A stretch of DNA of 64,000 nucleotides from Centroscyllium fabricii (GCA_051313645.2 JBNRSN020000022.1:3844001-3908000); one strand, 5' to 3'; shown: positions 36,408 to 49,575, counted from the first letter of the stretch. The notes: generated by a model from the letters alone, not told the origin. Numbers and translations: made by a program.

Positions 36408-36934
36408 GTAAGGAATTATCTACCAAATGACCTGCAGATGGTACTTGGCCTTCCGAAAGATTGTCATAGACCATGGCTATAGGAACATTGCACTTCCAAT
36501 CCACTGAAGCCTCCTTTACTTTAGTGGCAGTGAAGCCACCAACTTGCAAGTTCTAATTCTGTATTAAATGTCTGTTTGGATGGTGTCACCAGCTAAGATG
36601 CCTGACAGATGTGCATGTGTCCCCTGTGAATGCTAAACTAAATTAAAGCCCTGACTTTGAATTTCCCTTATTTCTTTTGCAGCAAGTTCAATTTAATTTG
36701 AGTCTCTCCCTAATGATGACTTTGTCTTCTATCCAAATTGAAACATTAGAAGTGGGCATAATTGGCTGATTTTTTTTGTATAGTGGTTGGCCATGGTCAC
36801 TAAGATTGTAACCTTTCACTCAACCTCAAAGATCAGCAGTCACTGGATTAGATCATCCATTCATCAATTGCATGTGAATGCAGACTAACTTTTTTGTGGA
36901 GATTGAGGCAGTCTCGTGTGGATTAGGAAGCTGA

Positions 36935-37288
36935 AGTGACCGTTGTGCTCAGTTGGTAGCACTTTTGCCTTGTCAGATTGTGGGTTCAAGTCCCACTCTA
37001 AGTGAGCACAAAATCTAGGCTGACGGTCTGGTGCTGTGCTGTCTTCAGGTGAGACATCAAACTGAGGCTCTGTCTGCCCCCGTGATGTAAAAGATCCCAG
37101 GCACTATTTTGAAAGCAGGGAAGTTTTCCCATATGCCCTGGCCAATATTTATCACTCAACCAGCATCATTAAAATTGATTTATCTGGTCATTATCTCATT
37201 GATGGTGCAATTTGTGGGAGCTTGGCTGTAAGCACTTTTGGGATGTCCTGAGGTGAAAGGTACTATATAAATGCATGCCTTTCTTTCT
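36935..37288 (+). mobile_element. tRNA-derived Deu-domain SINE (SacSINE1-like)
   Basis: A box (GCTCAGTTGG), B box (GGTTCAAGTCC), Deu-like body and GCTATATAAATGCA-type end. Confidence 0.75.
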
Positions 37289-37393
37289 GGATAAGGAAAC
37301 TCAAGTTCTCCTCAAACCAGTGTTGACTTTATCTTGAATGTTTGGACTCTTGACTCTGCATTAAATAGATTGTCTTTTTTTAGTGTACTGAAT

Positions 37394-38636
37394 TAGAAAC
37401 ATAGAAGATAGGAGCAGGAGTAGGCCATTCGGCCCTTTGAGCCTGCTCCGCCATTCAATTAGATAATGACTGATCTTTCAGATTCAGTACCCTGTCCCTG
37501 CCTTCTCCCCATATCCCTTCAGCCTGAAGAAATATATCCAACACCTTCTTGAATATATTTAATGAACTGGCCTCCACCACCCTCTGGCAGAGAATTCCAC
37601 AGGTTCACCACTCTGGGTGAAGAAATTCCCACTCATCTCTGTCCTAAATGGCTTTCCCCTTATCCTTAGACTATGGCCCCTGGTTCTGGACTCCCCTTTC
37701 ATCAGAAACATCCTTCCTGCATCCAGTCTGTCCAGGCCTGAAAGAATCTTGTAGGTTTCGATGAGATCCCCTCTCAATCGTCTGAACTCCAGTGAGTATA
37801 AGCCCAATCGACTCAATCTCTCCCCATACGTCATTCCTGCCATCCCAGGTATCAGCCTGGTGAATCTTCGCTGCACCCCTTCCATGGCAAGAATGTCCTT
37901 CCTCAGATGAGGTGACCAAAACTGCACACAATACTCGGTGTGGTCTCATCAAGGTCCTGTAGAGCTGCAGCAAGATATCCTTGTTCTTGTATTCGAACCC
38001 TCTTGCTAAGAAACATAGAAACTAGGAGCAGGAGTAGGCCCTTCGAGCCTGCTCCGCCATGCAATGAGATCATGGCTGATCATCCAAACCCAGTACCCCG
38101 CCCTCGCCCTCGCCCTCGCCCTCGCCCTCTCCCTCTCCCCATATCGAGCCTGCATCGACACATATCCCACCCTATCCCTGTAACCCCACATATTAAATCC
38201 CCCTAACACTAAGGGTCAATTTATCATGGCCAATCAACCTAACCCGCACATCTTTGGACTGTCATACCATTTGTCTTCTTAACCGCCTGTTGCACCTGCA
38301 TGCTTGCCTTCAATGACTGGTGCACAAGAATGCCCAGGTCTCTCTGCACTTCCCCATCTCCCAATCGATTGCCATTCAAATAATAATCTGCCCTCCTGTT
38401 TTTGCCACAAGTGGATCACCTCTCATTTATCCACACTATAGTTCATATATACACTATAGTGCCTTTGCCATGTATCTGCCCAATCCCCCCCAACCTGTCC
38501 AAATTGCATTTGAGTTTCTCGACATCCTCCTCACCGCATAACCTCCCACCCAGCTTTGTGTCGTCTGCAAATTTGGAGATATTACATCCAATTCCCTCGT
38601 CCAGATCATTAATATATATTGTGAACAGCTGGGGTC
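37394..38636 (-). mobile_element. 5'-truncated CR1 with an HE1-like SINE 3' half inserted at about 38007-38262
   Basis: GPQLFTIYINDLD..ISKFADDTK and QFWSPHLRKD..RRFTRLIPG, with a (TTTCTA)-type tail. Confidence 0.88.
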
Positions 38637-38648
38637 CTCTCTTTACAG

Positions 38649-38913
38649 GTTGTTGCTGATACCAGAGAGTTGGTTTCATCCACAATAACTGTTGCCAAAG
38701 ATGTGGTCTCCAGCACGGTGACTGATGTAGTGGACATGGCCAAGGAAGCAGTGAATGATGGCATTGAAAAAACCAAAACTGTGATGGTTGAAGGAGTTAA
38801 AACCATCATTGCATCCAGAGCAGCCCAGATGATGGTCACTGGTGTGGACAGTGCACTCAATAAATCTGAAGACATGGTTGATCACTATCTTCCTATGACT
38901 GAGGAGGAACTGG
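38649..38913 (+). CDS. PLIN3: Perilipin-3-like, coding exon 4 (11-mer repeat region)
   Basis: VVADTRELVSS...KSEDMVDHYLPMTEEEL; 265 bp, phases 0/1. Confidence 0.92.
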
Positions 38914-39845
38914 GTAAGTAAGAACTGATCTATTTTACTACCTCGCATGGTCTAGGGTACTTTTGTATCTGCTTCAGTGGCCCTAAATATTTCTGAAGTT
39001 GCAAGTTGGGCACATTTAGTTGAGGTTGGGTTGGGTGCAGATCAGTGGTTACTCTACTGTCAACCTTGAGCATGTGCACTCTTTGAATTTCAAAGTTGTT
39101 CCTCAGAAGTGTGGTCATGAGAAATATGAAGGCACTTCAGAAGTGCAGAATGTTTTTATAGGTACTACTACTTATTACTTATAAACTACAAGCAGCAAAT
39201 GTTTTTCTTAAACTAAATGTTTAGTCCCATTAGCTATCTCCATTTTCTGTGCCCCTTTCCCCCCCCCCGCCTTTTCCTCCTCCTATACTCTAGTCAAATA
39301 CAGGTTCAATAGCTGAAGTGTTCCAGGTTATAATGCTGCTTTTAGGAAAGATTGAAGTTGCTCTAGTTTCAAGCATTCAATGGGCAAGGAAGTGGCTTTG
39401 AGCCCAATCAGCCATGACATTATTGAATGGCCGAGCAGGCTCGAGGGGCCAAGTGGCCTATTCTTGCTCCTATTTATGTTGTGTAACCTAAACACTGAGC
39501 CTTGTTAACATTTGCCATTAGTCCAACATTGTAATGTTTGTTTATGGCCCTCTCCCACAGTTCTAACTTTGAGGGCATTGTACTTGTGGCCAGGCGCACA
39601 AGGCTAAGTATAGGAAGCCTCAGGAAGTTGCAACAGTGTGCTCTACCTGGTGTAATCCACCTTCAATTAGAAATTTCTTTCAAACAACTAAAAATGCAGA
39701 TTTGACTTGATGCATTCCATTATGTGAACAGCTTATAACTGAGGAAATTCTTGATCAGATTTGGGGGGGGGTGAGGAAATTGAACAGTAATGTCACCTAA
39801 TGTTGTCTTGAATAACCACCTTGATTGTAAACTCTCATGCTTCAG

Positions 39846-40033
39846 CAAAACTGGCCACTTCTGTTGAAGACTTTGAGCTGGCCCCAGCACAGGAGCAGAG
39901 TTACTACGTGCGCTTGGGATCTTTATCTTCAAAAGTTCGTCATCGAGCCTACCAGCACTCCACATCAAAGATGCAGCAGGTCCGGCAAAGCAGCCAAGAC
40001 ATCATGTCTCAGCTTCACAACACGATGGATCTG
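39846..40033 (+). CDS. PLIN3: Perilipin-3-like, coding exon 5
   Basis: (A)KLATSVEDF...QEQSYYVRLGSLS...HNTMDL; 188 bp, phases 1/0. Confidence 0.92.
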
Positions 40034-40381
40034 GTAAGAATACAGACTGCTGGTGCTCTGTGCTGCTGGGTGGTTTTGACATGGACTGGATTTTATTCCT
40101 TGCAACAAACTACTTTCAGACCAAAATCATGTGCAGCCTTGATGAGCAGATTTGCACACACTAGATATATTTTGGGTTCAGTGTGACCAGTCACTTGCAT
40201 TGTGTGTACCCTCCTTTGTTGCAGAGTGCACTTGTTCATCCTCAGTAATTGGGTAAATGATAGCTGGACTCTAGGCTAATGAAAGGTTCCTTACTCTGCA
40301 CCTACCACATGAAGGGAATGTGCTGCTCCTGATTATTCTTCTCCTTGCAAATTGAGATGATGCTGGCTTTGAATCAGTAAG

Positions 40382-43300
40382 TGACGTATCGTCAATATCT
40401 TCGATTTAAAAGAGTCGACGAGTAGTTACCGTAACTAAAGGCTTTTAATCGCTAAGTTTGGAGCTACCCTCCGGAACGAACTTCTGTACAGGAATGAGGA
40501 GCCTCGGTCAGTTTCCACCTATAAAGGGCCTCACCTGGGGGAGGAGTTAGAGGTGTGGCTGACCTGGCTCCCAACAGTATTACACAGGTTACAGGGCTGT
40601 GCCTTACATCTGCACAGCCCATTATTGTTACAATAATACAGTGGTAATCAATCACATAATACGGTTACCACATTCACCCCTTCTTGAAAATTTTAAGTCC
40701 GGGGGGGATGAATGGGTCGAACAGGTTACGATCAGTCTGTCCGGCGGTCGTGTCTGCCTGGAGGACCTCCGGCGGTGGTGGTGGTGCCTCCTGGTCTGCA
40801 CCACTCGCGTCTGCCGGTGGTGACCGCTGATCAGGTGCCGTGGCTTCTGGTGGCGATGGATCCGGCTGGTCCACGCCGTCCGGGTGGTAGTTTTGTGCTG
40901 GCCACTGCTGGGGCTCTGGGAAACTCAGGGGCCATCGTGTGTCTGGTGGGTTCACTGGATACAGCGGCTGAGCGGCCTGCTGGCCAACCAGGGGCTCTGC
41001 GGTGGTGCTTCCTGCGGGAGCCAGGTCCCTGATGGACACGGTGTCCTCACGCCCGTCCAGGAACTGCACGAATGCATAGTGTGGGTTTGCGTGTAGGAGC
41101 TGCACCTTGTCCACCAGGGGATCTGTCTTGTGGCTCCAGACATGTCTCTTAAGGAAGACCGGCCCCGGTGTCGTCAGCCATGGAGGGAGAGCTGTCCCCG
41201 AAGTCGATTTCCTGGGGAAGGAGAAAATCAGTTCATGCGGGGTGGCGTTAGTAGCAGTACATAATAGCGAGCGTATAGAGTGCAGCACGTCTGGGAGGAC
41301 TGCCTGCCAATGGGCCAATGGAAGGCCTCTGGACTTCAGAGCCAGGGTGACCGCCTTCCAGATGATCCCATTCTCCCTTTCTACCTGGCCGTTCCCCCGG
41401 GGGTTGTAACTGGTCGTTCTGCTCGTGGCAACCCCTTTCTGGAGCAGAAACTGACGCAGTTCATCGCTCATGAACGATGACCCCCGGTCGCTATGGATGT
41501 AGCTGGGGAGACCGAAAATGGCGAACAGCGTGGTGAAGTGTTTTATCACCGTTGCGCTCGTCATATCTGCGCAGGGGAAGGGGAAGCGGGAGAACTCATC
41601 CACTACCGTGAGGAAGTATGAGTTGCGGTCAGTGGAAGGGAGGGGGCCTTTGAAGTCCACGCTGAGACGTTCAAAGGGGCGGGTGGCCTTAATGAGGTGC
41701 GCCGGGTCTGGCCGGAAAAAGTGGGGTTTGCACTCGGCACAGACAGGGCACTCTCTGGTCATAGCCTTGATCTCCGTGATGGAGTAGGGGAGGCTACGGG
41801 ATTTAACGAAATGGGTGAGTCTGGTGACACCCGGGTGGCAAAGGCGGTCGTGGAGGTCCTTCAGCCGGTCTAGCTGGGCACTGGCGCACGTTCCCCTGGA
41901 CAGTGCGTCCGGGGGTTCATTGAGTTTACCTGGTCGGTAAAGAATGTCGTACTCGTAAGTCGAGAGTTCGATCAGCCACCGCAGGATCTTATCATTCTTG
42001 ATTTTACCCCGTTGTTTATTATTAAACATAAACGCCACCGACCGTTGGTCGGTGAGCAGGGTAAAACGCTTACCGGCCAGGTAATGACGCCAGTAGCGCA
42101 CGGCCTCCACGATGGCCTGGGCCTCCTTTTCCACTGCTGAGTGGCGAGTTTCGGGTCCCTGTAAGGTGCGGGAGAAAAACGCTATGGGCCTGCCTGCCTG
42201 ATTCAGGGTGGCAGCAAGGGCGAAGTCCGAAGCGTCACTCTCCACCTGGAAAGGGATGGATTCATCAACAGCGAGCATGGTCGCCTTGATGTCTTCCTTT
42301 ATCCTTGCGAATGCCGTTTGGGCTTCTACAGAAAGGGGGAAGACGGCAGCCTTGAGGAGTGGTCTAGCCTTGTCTGCGAACTGTGGGACCCATTGTGCAT
42401 AATAGGAGAAAAATCCTAGACATCTCCTCAAGGCTTTGGGATTGTGAGGTAGGGGCAGTTCTTGCAGGGGTCGCATACGCTGTGGGTCGGGGCCGAGGAC
42501 CCCGTTCTCCACCACGTATCTGAGGATGGCGAGCCGGTCTGTATTAGACACATTTGTCTTTGTTGTACGTAAGGTCCAGCTTAGCCGCCGTGTCGAGGAA
42601 TTTGGCCAGATTGGCATCGTGATCCTGCTGGTCGTGGCCGCAGATGGTCACGTTGTCCAGGTAGGGGAAGGTGGACTGCAACTCATTTTGGTCAACCATA
42701 CGGTCCATCTCCCGTTGGAACACTGACACTCCGTTGGTCACGCCAAAGGGGACCCGGAGGAAGTGGTATAGCCGACCGTTCGCCTCGAAGGCGGTGTAGT
42801 GGCAGTCGGCTTTCCGGATCGGGAGCTGATACGCCAATTTAAGGTCGATCGTAGAGAACACCTTGTACTGGGCGATCTGATTGACCATGTCTGAGATGCG
42901 GGGAAGGGGGTAGGCGTCGAGCCCGGTGTAGCGGTTGATAGTCTGGCTATAATCGATCACCAGCCGTTGCTTCTCGCCAGACTGTCCCGGCTACTGACGG
43001 TGAGGGGGGGCAAGGTCCCGCCGAACTCCATTGTCACGCTCTTGAGGTGGCACTGGAAATCCAAGCCTAGTAAAGCTGGGGCACACAACTGCTGGAGGGT
43101 ATACAATTTAAAATGATGGTACACGCGCCCCTTGACTGTGAGCGTGACGGAGCAGTAGCCGGTGACGTCCGCGGTGTGGGACTGTGAAGCTAGGGAGACT
43201 TGGTAGTTAGTGGGCCGGACCTGCAGTCCGCAGCGCTGCACTGTATCTGGATGTACAAAGCTCTCAGTGCTTCCTGTGTCAAACAGGCAGTTAACAGTAT

Positions 43301-44930
43301 AGTCGTTAATCTTAATCGGCATGATATAATTAGACAGGGTATGTGGCCTGTCCTGGTTCACTCTGAGTCTGGCCGCAGCCGTGCGTTTCCGTGTGTGGGG
43401 CCCTTGCTGGTCGGGGCCGCACACAAGATAGCGGCGCGCCTGGCTCGCACATGGTGGGGCCCTGGATACAAGATGGCGGCGCCCCTGGCTCGCACATGGT
43501 GGGGCCCTGGGTACAAAATGGTGTCGCCGAGGGGTCGCACATGGTGGGCCGCTGTGAACGCGCTGGCGGCGCCCGTGATTCGCACGCAGCGGACCGCGGT
43601 GACTGGGTTGGCGGTGCCCGTGATTCGCACGCAGCGGGCCGCGGTGGTCGGGTTGGCGGTGCCCGTGATTCGCACGCAGCCGGCCGCGTTGGGGGGTCGC
43701 GCTTGGCCGGCCTTTGCCGCATCGGGGTGGGAGATGGGGGCGCTTGTTTTCTACCCCCGGACCGTCGCTGGATCGCGCTGCTATTGCAGCTTACCTGGTG
43801 TCTGTTGGTGCTCTCTCAGGCTGCGCTGTTGTACCTTGGGTTAGGCGCTGCTGGAGCTGATCTGCAGGCTTTAGCATAGTGCCCTTTCTTGGCGCACCTC
43901 TCGCAGGTCGCTGTCCTGGCTGGGCATTTCGCTCTTGGGTGCAGTCCTTGGTTACAGAAGTAACAGCGCTTATCTTTAGTGGCTGTCGCAGCCATCGTGG
44001 GGGTCTCGGCCCGTTGCGGTGCTGCCCAGACCTGGGCCCGTTGTGGCGCGGCCCATATGTCGTAGGCATGCGGGTTAGTGCCGCTGTACGCCTGCAACTT
44101 GTTTCGTGCCCCCTCTACCGAATTGGATATCTTGATCGCATCCTCGAGGGACAGAGTGTCTTTCTCCAGCAGCCGCTGGCGGGCTTCCACACACCTTAGT
44201 CCAGTAACGTAAGCGTCCCGAACGAGGAGGTTCGCCTCCTCTTCAGCTGTTCTGGCTTGGCAGCCACAGACCCGTACCAGGGCCTGGAGCGCTTGCTCGA
44301 ACTGCTCGTTGGTCTCACCCGGTAGCTGAGATCTGGTAGCAAGCACATGTCTGGCGTAGACCAAATGTACCGGGCGCTCGTAGCACTTCCTTATCTTCTC
44401 CACGGCCACTGGGTAGGTTGCGCCGTTCCTGATGAGGGAGAATACCCTGCTGGAGATCCTCGACCGGAGGACCTGTAATTTGTTCCCGTCTGTTGTAGCC
44501 TTGTCGGCGTCCATGTAGGCCTCCAGGAGGCCGAACCAGTGTTCGAACGTGGTAGCAGCGGCAGGGTCCTGGGGACTGATGTCCAGTTTCTCTGGTTTGA
44601 CTGCGCTGCTCTCCATTTTAAAATACTTAGCGATTAAAATTGACGTATCGTCAATATCTTCGATTAAAAGAGTCGACGAGTAGTTACCGTAACTAAAGGC
44701 TTTTAATCGCTAAGTTTGGAGCTACCCTCCGGAACGAACTTCTGTACAGGAATGAGGAGCCTCGGTCAGTTTCCACCTATAAAGGGCCTCACCTGGGGGA
44801 GGAGTTAGAGGTGTGGCTGACCTGGTTCCCAACCGTATTACACAGGTTACAGGGCTGTGCCTTACATCTGCACAGCCCATTATTGGTACAATAATACAGT
44901 GGTAATCAATCACATAATACGGTTACCACA
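40382..44930 (-). mobile_element. Gypsy element C with both LTRs, in perilipin intron 6
   Basis: LTRs 40382-40672 and 44641-44930 differ by 3 substitutions and 1 indel. TSD GTAAG (40377-40381 and 44931-44935), PPT at 40673-40685. Confidence 0.95.
40674..44616 (-). pseudogene. Element C gag-pol, frameshifted and with a deletion of about 226 bp before RT
   Basis: ORFs 43816..44616 (gag), 42957..43424 (protease), 42544..42960 (RT, YLDN) and 40674..42617 (RNase H, integrase). The segment equivalent to 23598-23823 of element B is absent. Confidence 0.92.
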
Positions 44931-45455
44931 GTAAGTAGTTTCATTCACCGGATGGGTGCATAAACAGTGAAATTTAATTTCTCTACACTGTGCAGAGCTA
45001 GAAGTGTGAAACAGGTGGCTTGGTGAACAGTGGCTGGGAATTTGGGCTACAGATTAAACATATTTGGGGGGTGGGGGGGCGGTGGTGGAGGAGAAAAAGG
45101 AAGCGCATCCAAAGCTAGAGCTCCTTGATGTTAAAAGGAGGCTAAAGTCAGCATGGATTTTTTAAAGGCAACTTGTTTGATTAAGGATTGTGTGTGTGTG
45201 GACAAGATGTTTGACAAAGTACCACATAATAGACTTGTTAGCAAAATTCATACTCATGGAATTAAAGGGACAGTGGCAGTGTGGACACACAATTGGCTAA
45301 GGGACAAAGCCGAGTAATGGTGGACAGTTGGGCCTCAGACTTGAGGGATGTATACAGTGCCTGGCCCCAAGGGTTGGTATTGGCACCACTGCTCTTGATA
45401 CATTAACCTGGCCTTGGTCTACAGGGCGTCATTTCAAAGTTTACAGATGACACTA

Positions 45456-46291
45456 CAGATTGAGCACTGGTAATCCGGCATCCTCTGGACCAGGCTGGTG
45501 CCAAATCATAAATTCCAAACCACTGAAGGTGTAAACATGAAGGGCATTAACTCCACATTCAAACCTGACCTGGCTCCAGCTTGCACCCCAAGACACTCAC
45601 TCCGGGCAAATCCCTGACAATATAAAAAAAAAAGAAAAAAATAGCAAATGACTTGTAAAGACAAAGGATGCGGATGCAATGACTGGAGAGGGTTGGACTA
45701 GTTTCCCTCCACGCTTCCGACTCGACGATTTCTAAAGCACCTGACATGGCTCACAAATTAGATGATACATTCCGCAATTGTATTTTGAGAGAAAAACAGA
45801 ACCTGGAGTATCTATTTCCCTGAGAATCATTTGCAACTCTGTTGCACCAAACAATGCAACCCGCAGCAGCTGACATGCGGAGTCCTCTCAGCCAGGTGAG
45901 GGTCTAACCTCCATTTCCCCCCTCCCTGCCTTCAGCCCTTCTCGATGCCGCTACAAACCACACCGGGAGTCCAGGACAAAGTGGCGTGGGCAGCGGCAGC
46001 TAACCCAGAGTAACCACACGGTGCCACGGCCACCACTTTAAACACTGCCCAGGGCCTGGAGCGCACGGGTAGAACACTCCCCAGGGCCCGGAGCGCACGG
46101 GTAGAACACTCCCCAGGGCCCGGAGCGCACGGGTAGAACACTCCCCGGGAGGGAGCCTGGGGATAGAATACTTAAAGAACCTAAAAAAGCAGCAACCTGA
46201 CACCTTCGGCGCTTGCCCACCCTTGGTGGGAAACAGTGGCGCCACCGAGCGGCTGCTCCGTAAACTGAATGACTGCCGGTTTCAATTCATG
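45456..46291. mobile_element. Probable Tc1/mariner-pogo non-autonomous element with an internal 32-bp x3 repeat (46049-46147)
   Basis: The left end TA|CAGATTGAGCACTGGTAATCCGGCA resembles the TIR at 49863. The right end is degenerate (TGCCGG...TG|TA). It interrupts the CR1 at DDT|K. Confidence 0.5.
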
Positions 46292-46556
46292 TAATTGGAA
46301 TTGTAGTAAACAAAGTAATAAATGACCTCGAAGATATAGCCAGACTGGGAAATGGGAAGACCCATGGCAGATTAGATTTAATGCAAGAGAAATGTGAAGT
46401 CATGCATTTTTGTCAGAAGAATGAGGTAATGTAACTAAATGGTGGTGGTTTGTCGGGGGCGGGCGGGCGGGGGGGGGGTTGTTACGCAGGGACCAAGAAA
46501 CCCAGGTGTATTTACACTTATTTTGAAACCAGGCCAAGTTGAGAGCTGTTTGTTAA

Positions 46557-47674
46557 TGTTGTAAACCTGTTTTGTATTATATTGGGCCAGAAATTCGGGT
46601 GCCTGGGAGTAGCTGCACCCGCACGGAGAGGTGCCAATATGCCCCGTGCGATGATCGCACGGGGCATGCCCATGGATCGGAGTTTTCCGATGCCGAGGGA
46701 GAAGAGGCCTCAGCATGGAACGCACAAGAATTGCACCCAAAAATCCCGATGTTTTTGGGTGTGATTCTGTGCGTGAATCTGTGGGCAACTGGGCCTGGGG
46801 CTGCACGAGAAAATAGGAGTCGTAACTTGTGCATTCCTAAACGCAGGTAATGGACTTTTTTACCTTTAATTTTAAGTTTGTTTTTTGGAGTAATGTGGCC
46901 AGATCGCTATCATTAAATTTTGCTGTTAAAGTTTTTTTTTTAATTTTAAAAATCCAAATTTCAATTGCTATACCTATTCCAAATCGCTTATTTTTAAATT
47001 TAAAGTTCAGAAATTTTTAGCTCTTTCCTTAATTTAAAAAACGAAGAGAAAAAATATAAGACTTACCGACATTGAAAAGCTGCTCTGGCCGCAGTGCTCA
47101 TTGCCGAGTCTGTGGGTGCAGCAGTGGGCGTGGTCCTAATAACGGCCTCGCGTCCCTGCTCTCTCAGAAGTCCAACTGTGAAGCAGGGGGCGTTTTTTAT
47201 TTAAATTGGGGATCTGTGGGCGGGGCATCACTGCTATGCACGCACGACGGCAGCGCATATACTGCGCTCCTAGCGTGGCTGGACTGCCACGCAGCGCAGG
47301 AACGGGGCGGAGCCAACAGGAAGGTCTGGACGTAAAAAAAGTGAGATGATGGTGCGGTGCTATAGGTGTCCACTGGGTCCTTGCACCCGCAAAAACCGGC
47401 ACACTGGAATTTCTGGCCCATTGTATCATAGTTCACTATACCTGTTTGCATGTAACCCGCCTGGGCATGCCCCTGCTGACTCCGCCTGTGGCTCCTCCCC
47501 CGGACCCAGGTATAAGGGTGGCCGTCTCCCAACCCCCTCTCAGTCTTGGACCAGTCGATCAGCAGAGGTATGCTCCTGTTCTTTAGCTAATAAAAGCTCC
47601 TGTTCTTCAGCTAATAAAAGCCTATTGTTTATTCACATAACTTCTAGTCTTTTGAGGTTATTGATGGTGCATCA
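46557..47674 (+). mobile_element. Solo LTR (same family as 34550-34810) split by a MITE
   Basis: TGTTGTAAACC...GCATCA with TSD GTTAA (46552-46556 and 47675-47679). Confidence 0.85.
46584..47419. mobile_element. MITE, probably PIF/Harbinger type
   Basis: Perfect 13-bp TIR GGGCCAGAAATTC and 3-bp TSD ATT. Confidence 0.85.
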
Positions 47675-48855
47675 GTTAAAGCATATGGGATCCTTGGTTT
47701 TATGAAGAGGAATAAAGTACAAAAGCAATGAAGTTATGCCACACTGGTTAGGCCTCAGCTGGATTATTCAATTCTGGGCACCACCCTTATGAAGGCCTTT
47801 GAGAGGGTGCAGAGGAGACTTGTAGAATGGTATCAGGAATTAGGGGCTTTTGCTCTCCTTGGAGCAGAGAAAGTTAAGAGATGATGTGATGCAAGTGTTA
47901 GAATAAATGAGAAATTGTTTCCAGCAGCAGAACTGTCAGTTAGAGGACACTGATTTGAAGTGGATTAGCAAAAATCCAGAGGCAACATTAAGCATTTTTG
48001 ATGCAGTGAGTTAAGATCTGGAATGCACTGACTGAAAGGGTGGTGGAAGCAGATTCAATAAGAACTTTCAAAAGGGAATTTGCTAAATACTTGAAGGGGA
48101 AATCTGCACCGCTATTGGGGGAGGGGGGAGCAGCAATGAGCTAATGACCAGATAATAAATTTTAGCAATGTTGGCTGAGCAGAATTCCTCTGCTCTAAAG
48201 AGGCAGCACTGGCACAATGGGCCAAATGCTCTATGGTACAGAATCATAAACTCCTCTATCTTGAAGCACAGACTTTAAACAGAAGTTTACTTGCAGTGCC
48301 ACAGTCTAGTCTAGCCCCTCTAGCTTGGACCAGCTTTCAATAGTAGGAACTGGCCACTGAATTGTCATTTGTGCTCTAATTGATTGCCCTGTTGCCACTC
48401 TAGCGCCAGTCCATCAAAGCCACTACCCCAGGCGATGGCCTGCCTGTCCTTTGATCTGTGGCTTGGAAGCATCCTGACAGCTATTCTGAAGAAAAACAGC
48501 TGCACCTTGCACCTTGAATACCTTATTCTAATCATTCAGTATTCATTGTACACAATCCTTGAACTCACCAGATGTTTCCAATTTCCCTGGGTTTAACTAA
48601 CGCATTAACACTGCCAGTTTAAACCGCTTGCACGCTGAATCCATCAGACAACTGTTCTGAGCTGCATCTATTCAGAAGATGCTTTGATCTTGAGTGTTGC
48701 AGTACAAAATGCACTTTTAAAATTCAATTTTTGCAAAGATCCAGTTTTTCCACATGGATTTGGACCAACCACCATTAGCCTATTGTCTCTTGGACATAAC
48801 TACTTCAACCTTGTAAACAATTAACTTTTATTTAGGTGGTCCAGTAGCACTCTTA

Positions 48856-49575
48856 TGCCCCAGTTTCACTGGAGGCTAAGAATGTCAAGAATCTCAAGAA
48901 TCGTCAAGAATCGAAATTCTTGGCGATTCTGCAAAAAATGCGAAAATTCTTGGTTGATTCTTGGCGATTCTTGGTGAATTCTTGGCGATTCTGGACAAGG
49001 TTAAGAATCTATCACGAATTATTGTAGGAATGAGGTACGAATCACTCACGAATATGAAGAATTAATTTACGAATCCACTACGACCTCCACGATTAAGTTA
49101 CGAATTCTACGATTTAGCTACGAATTATCTACGAATTGCATTCGTAGTGCATTCGTAGTGCATTCGTGGACATTCGTGGACATTCGTGGACATTCGTGAT
49201 GAATTCGGCGTTTTTCCACGAATTTGAGAAAATCAAGAATGCCCAAGAATAGGCAAGAATGCACTACGAATCCACTACGAATCAGTTACGAACGGTAAGA
49301 AAGGGTCACGAACGGTAAGAATGGGTCACGAATTGTTTAGGAATCTATCACGAATTGGACATTCGTGAACCCTCCCACGAAATTTTTTGACAAACAAAAA
49401 CTTTCTTGAAAACTCAAAGAATTCCCGCGAACTTCCGCGAACTCTACGAATCCGCTACGAATCCACTACGAATCCACTACGAATCAACCACGAATTGCAA
49501 GAATGACCCACGAATCGGGCAAATTTCACAATCGGCACGATTCGGCAATTCGTAGCCTCCAGTGAAAAGAGTGCA
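48856..49575. mobile_element. PIF/Harbinger-type non-autonomous element filled with (A/C)GAAT motifs
   Basis: 28-bp TIR (23/28 match, core TTTCACTGGAGGCTA) and TSD TTA. It sits inside a SINE head. Confidence 0.85.

Larger units (their letters stand above)
45150..48240 (+). mobile_element. Old CR1 RT/3' region broken by several younger insertions
   Basis: Decayed pieces of FDKVPH, SKF.DDT, KCEVMHF and ERVQRR, collinear across the inserts. Confidence 0.65.

Noticed and set aside
36935-37000. tRNA genes here and at 49679-49750
   Set aside because: A and B boxes are present but there is no convincing cloverleaf; both are SINE heads.
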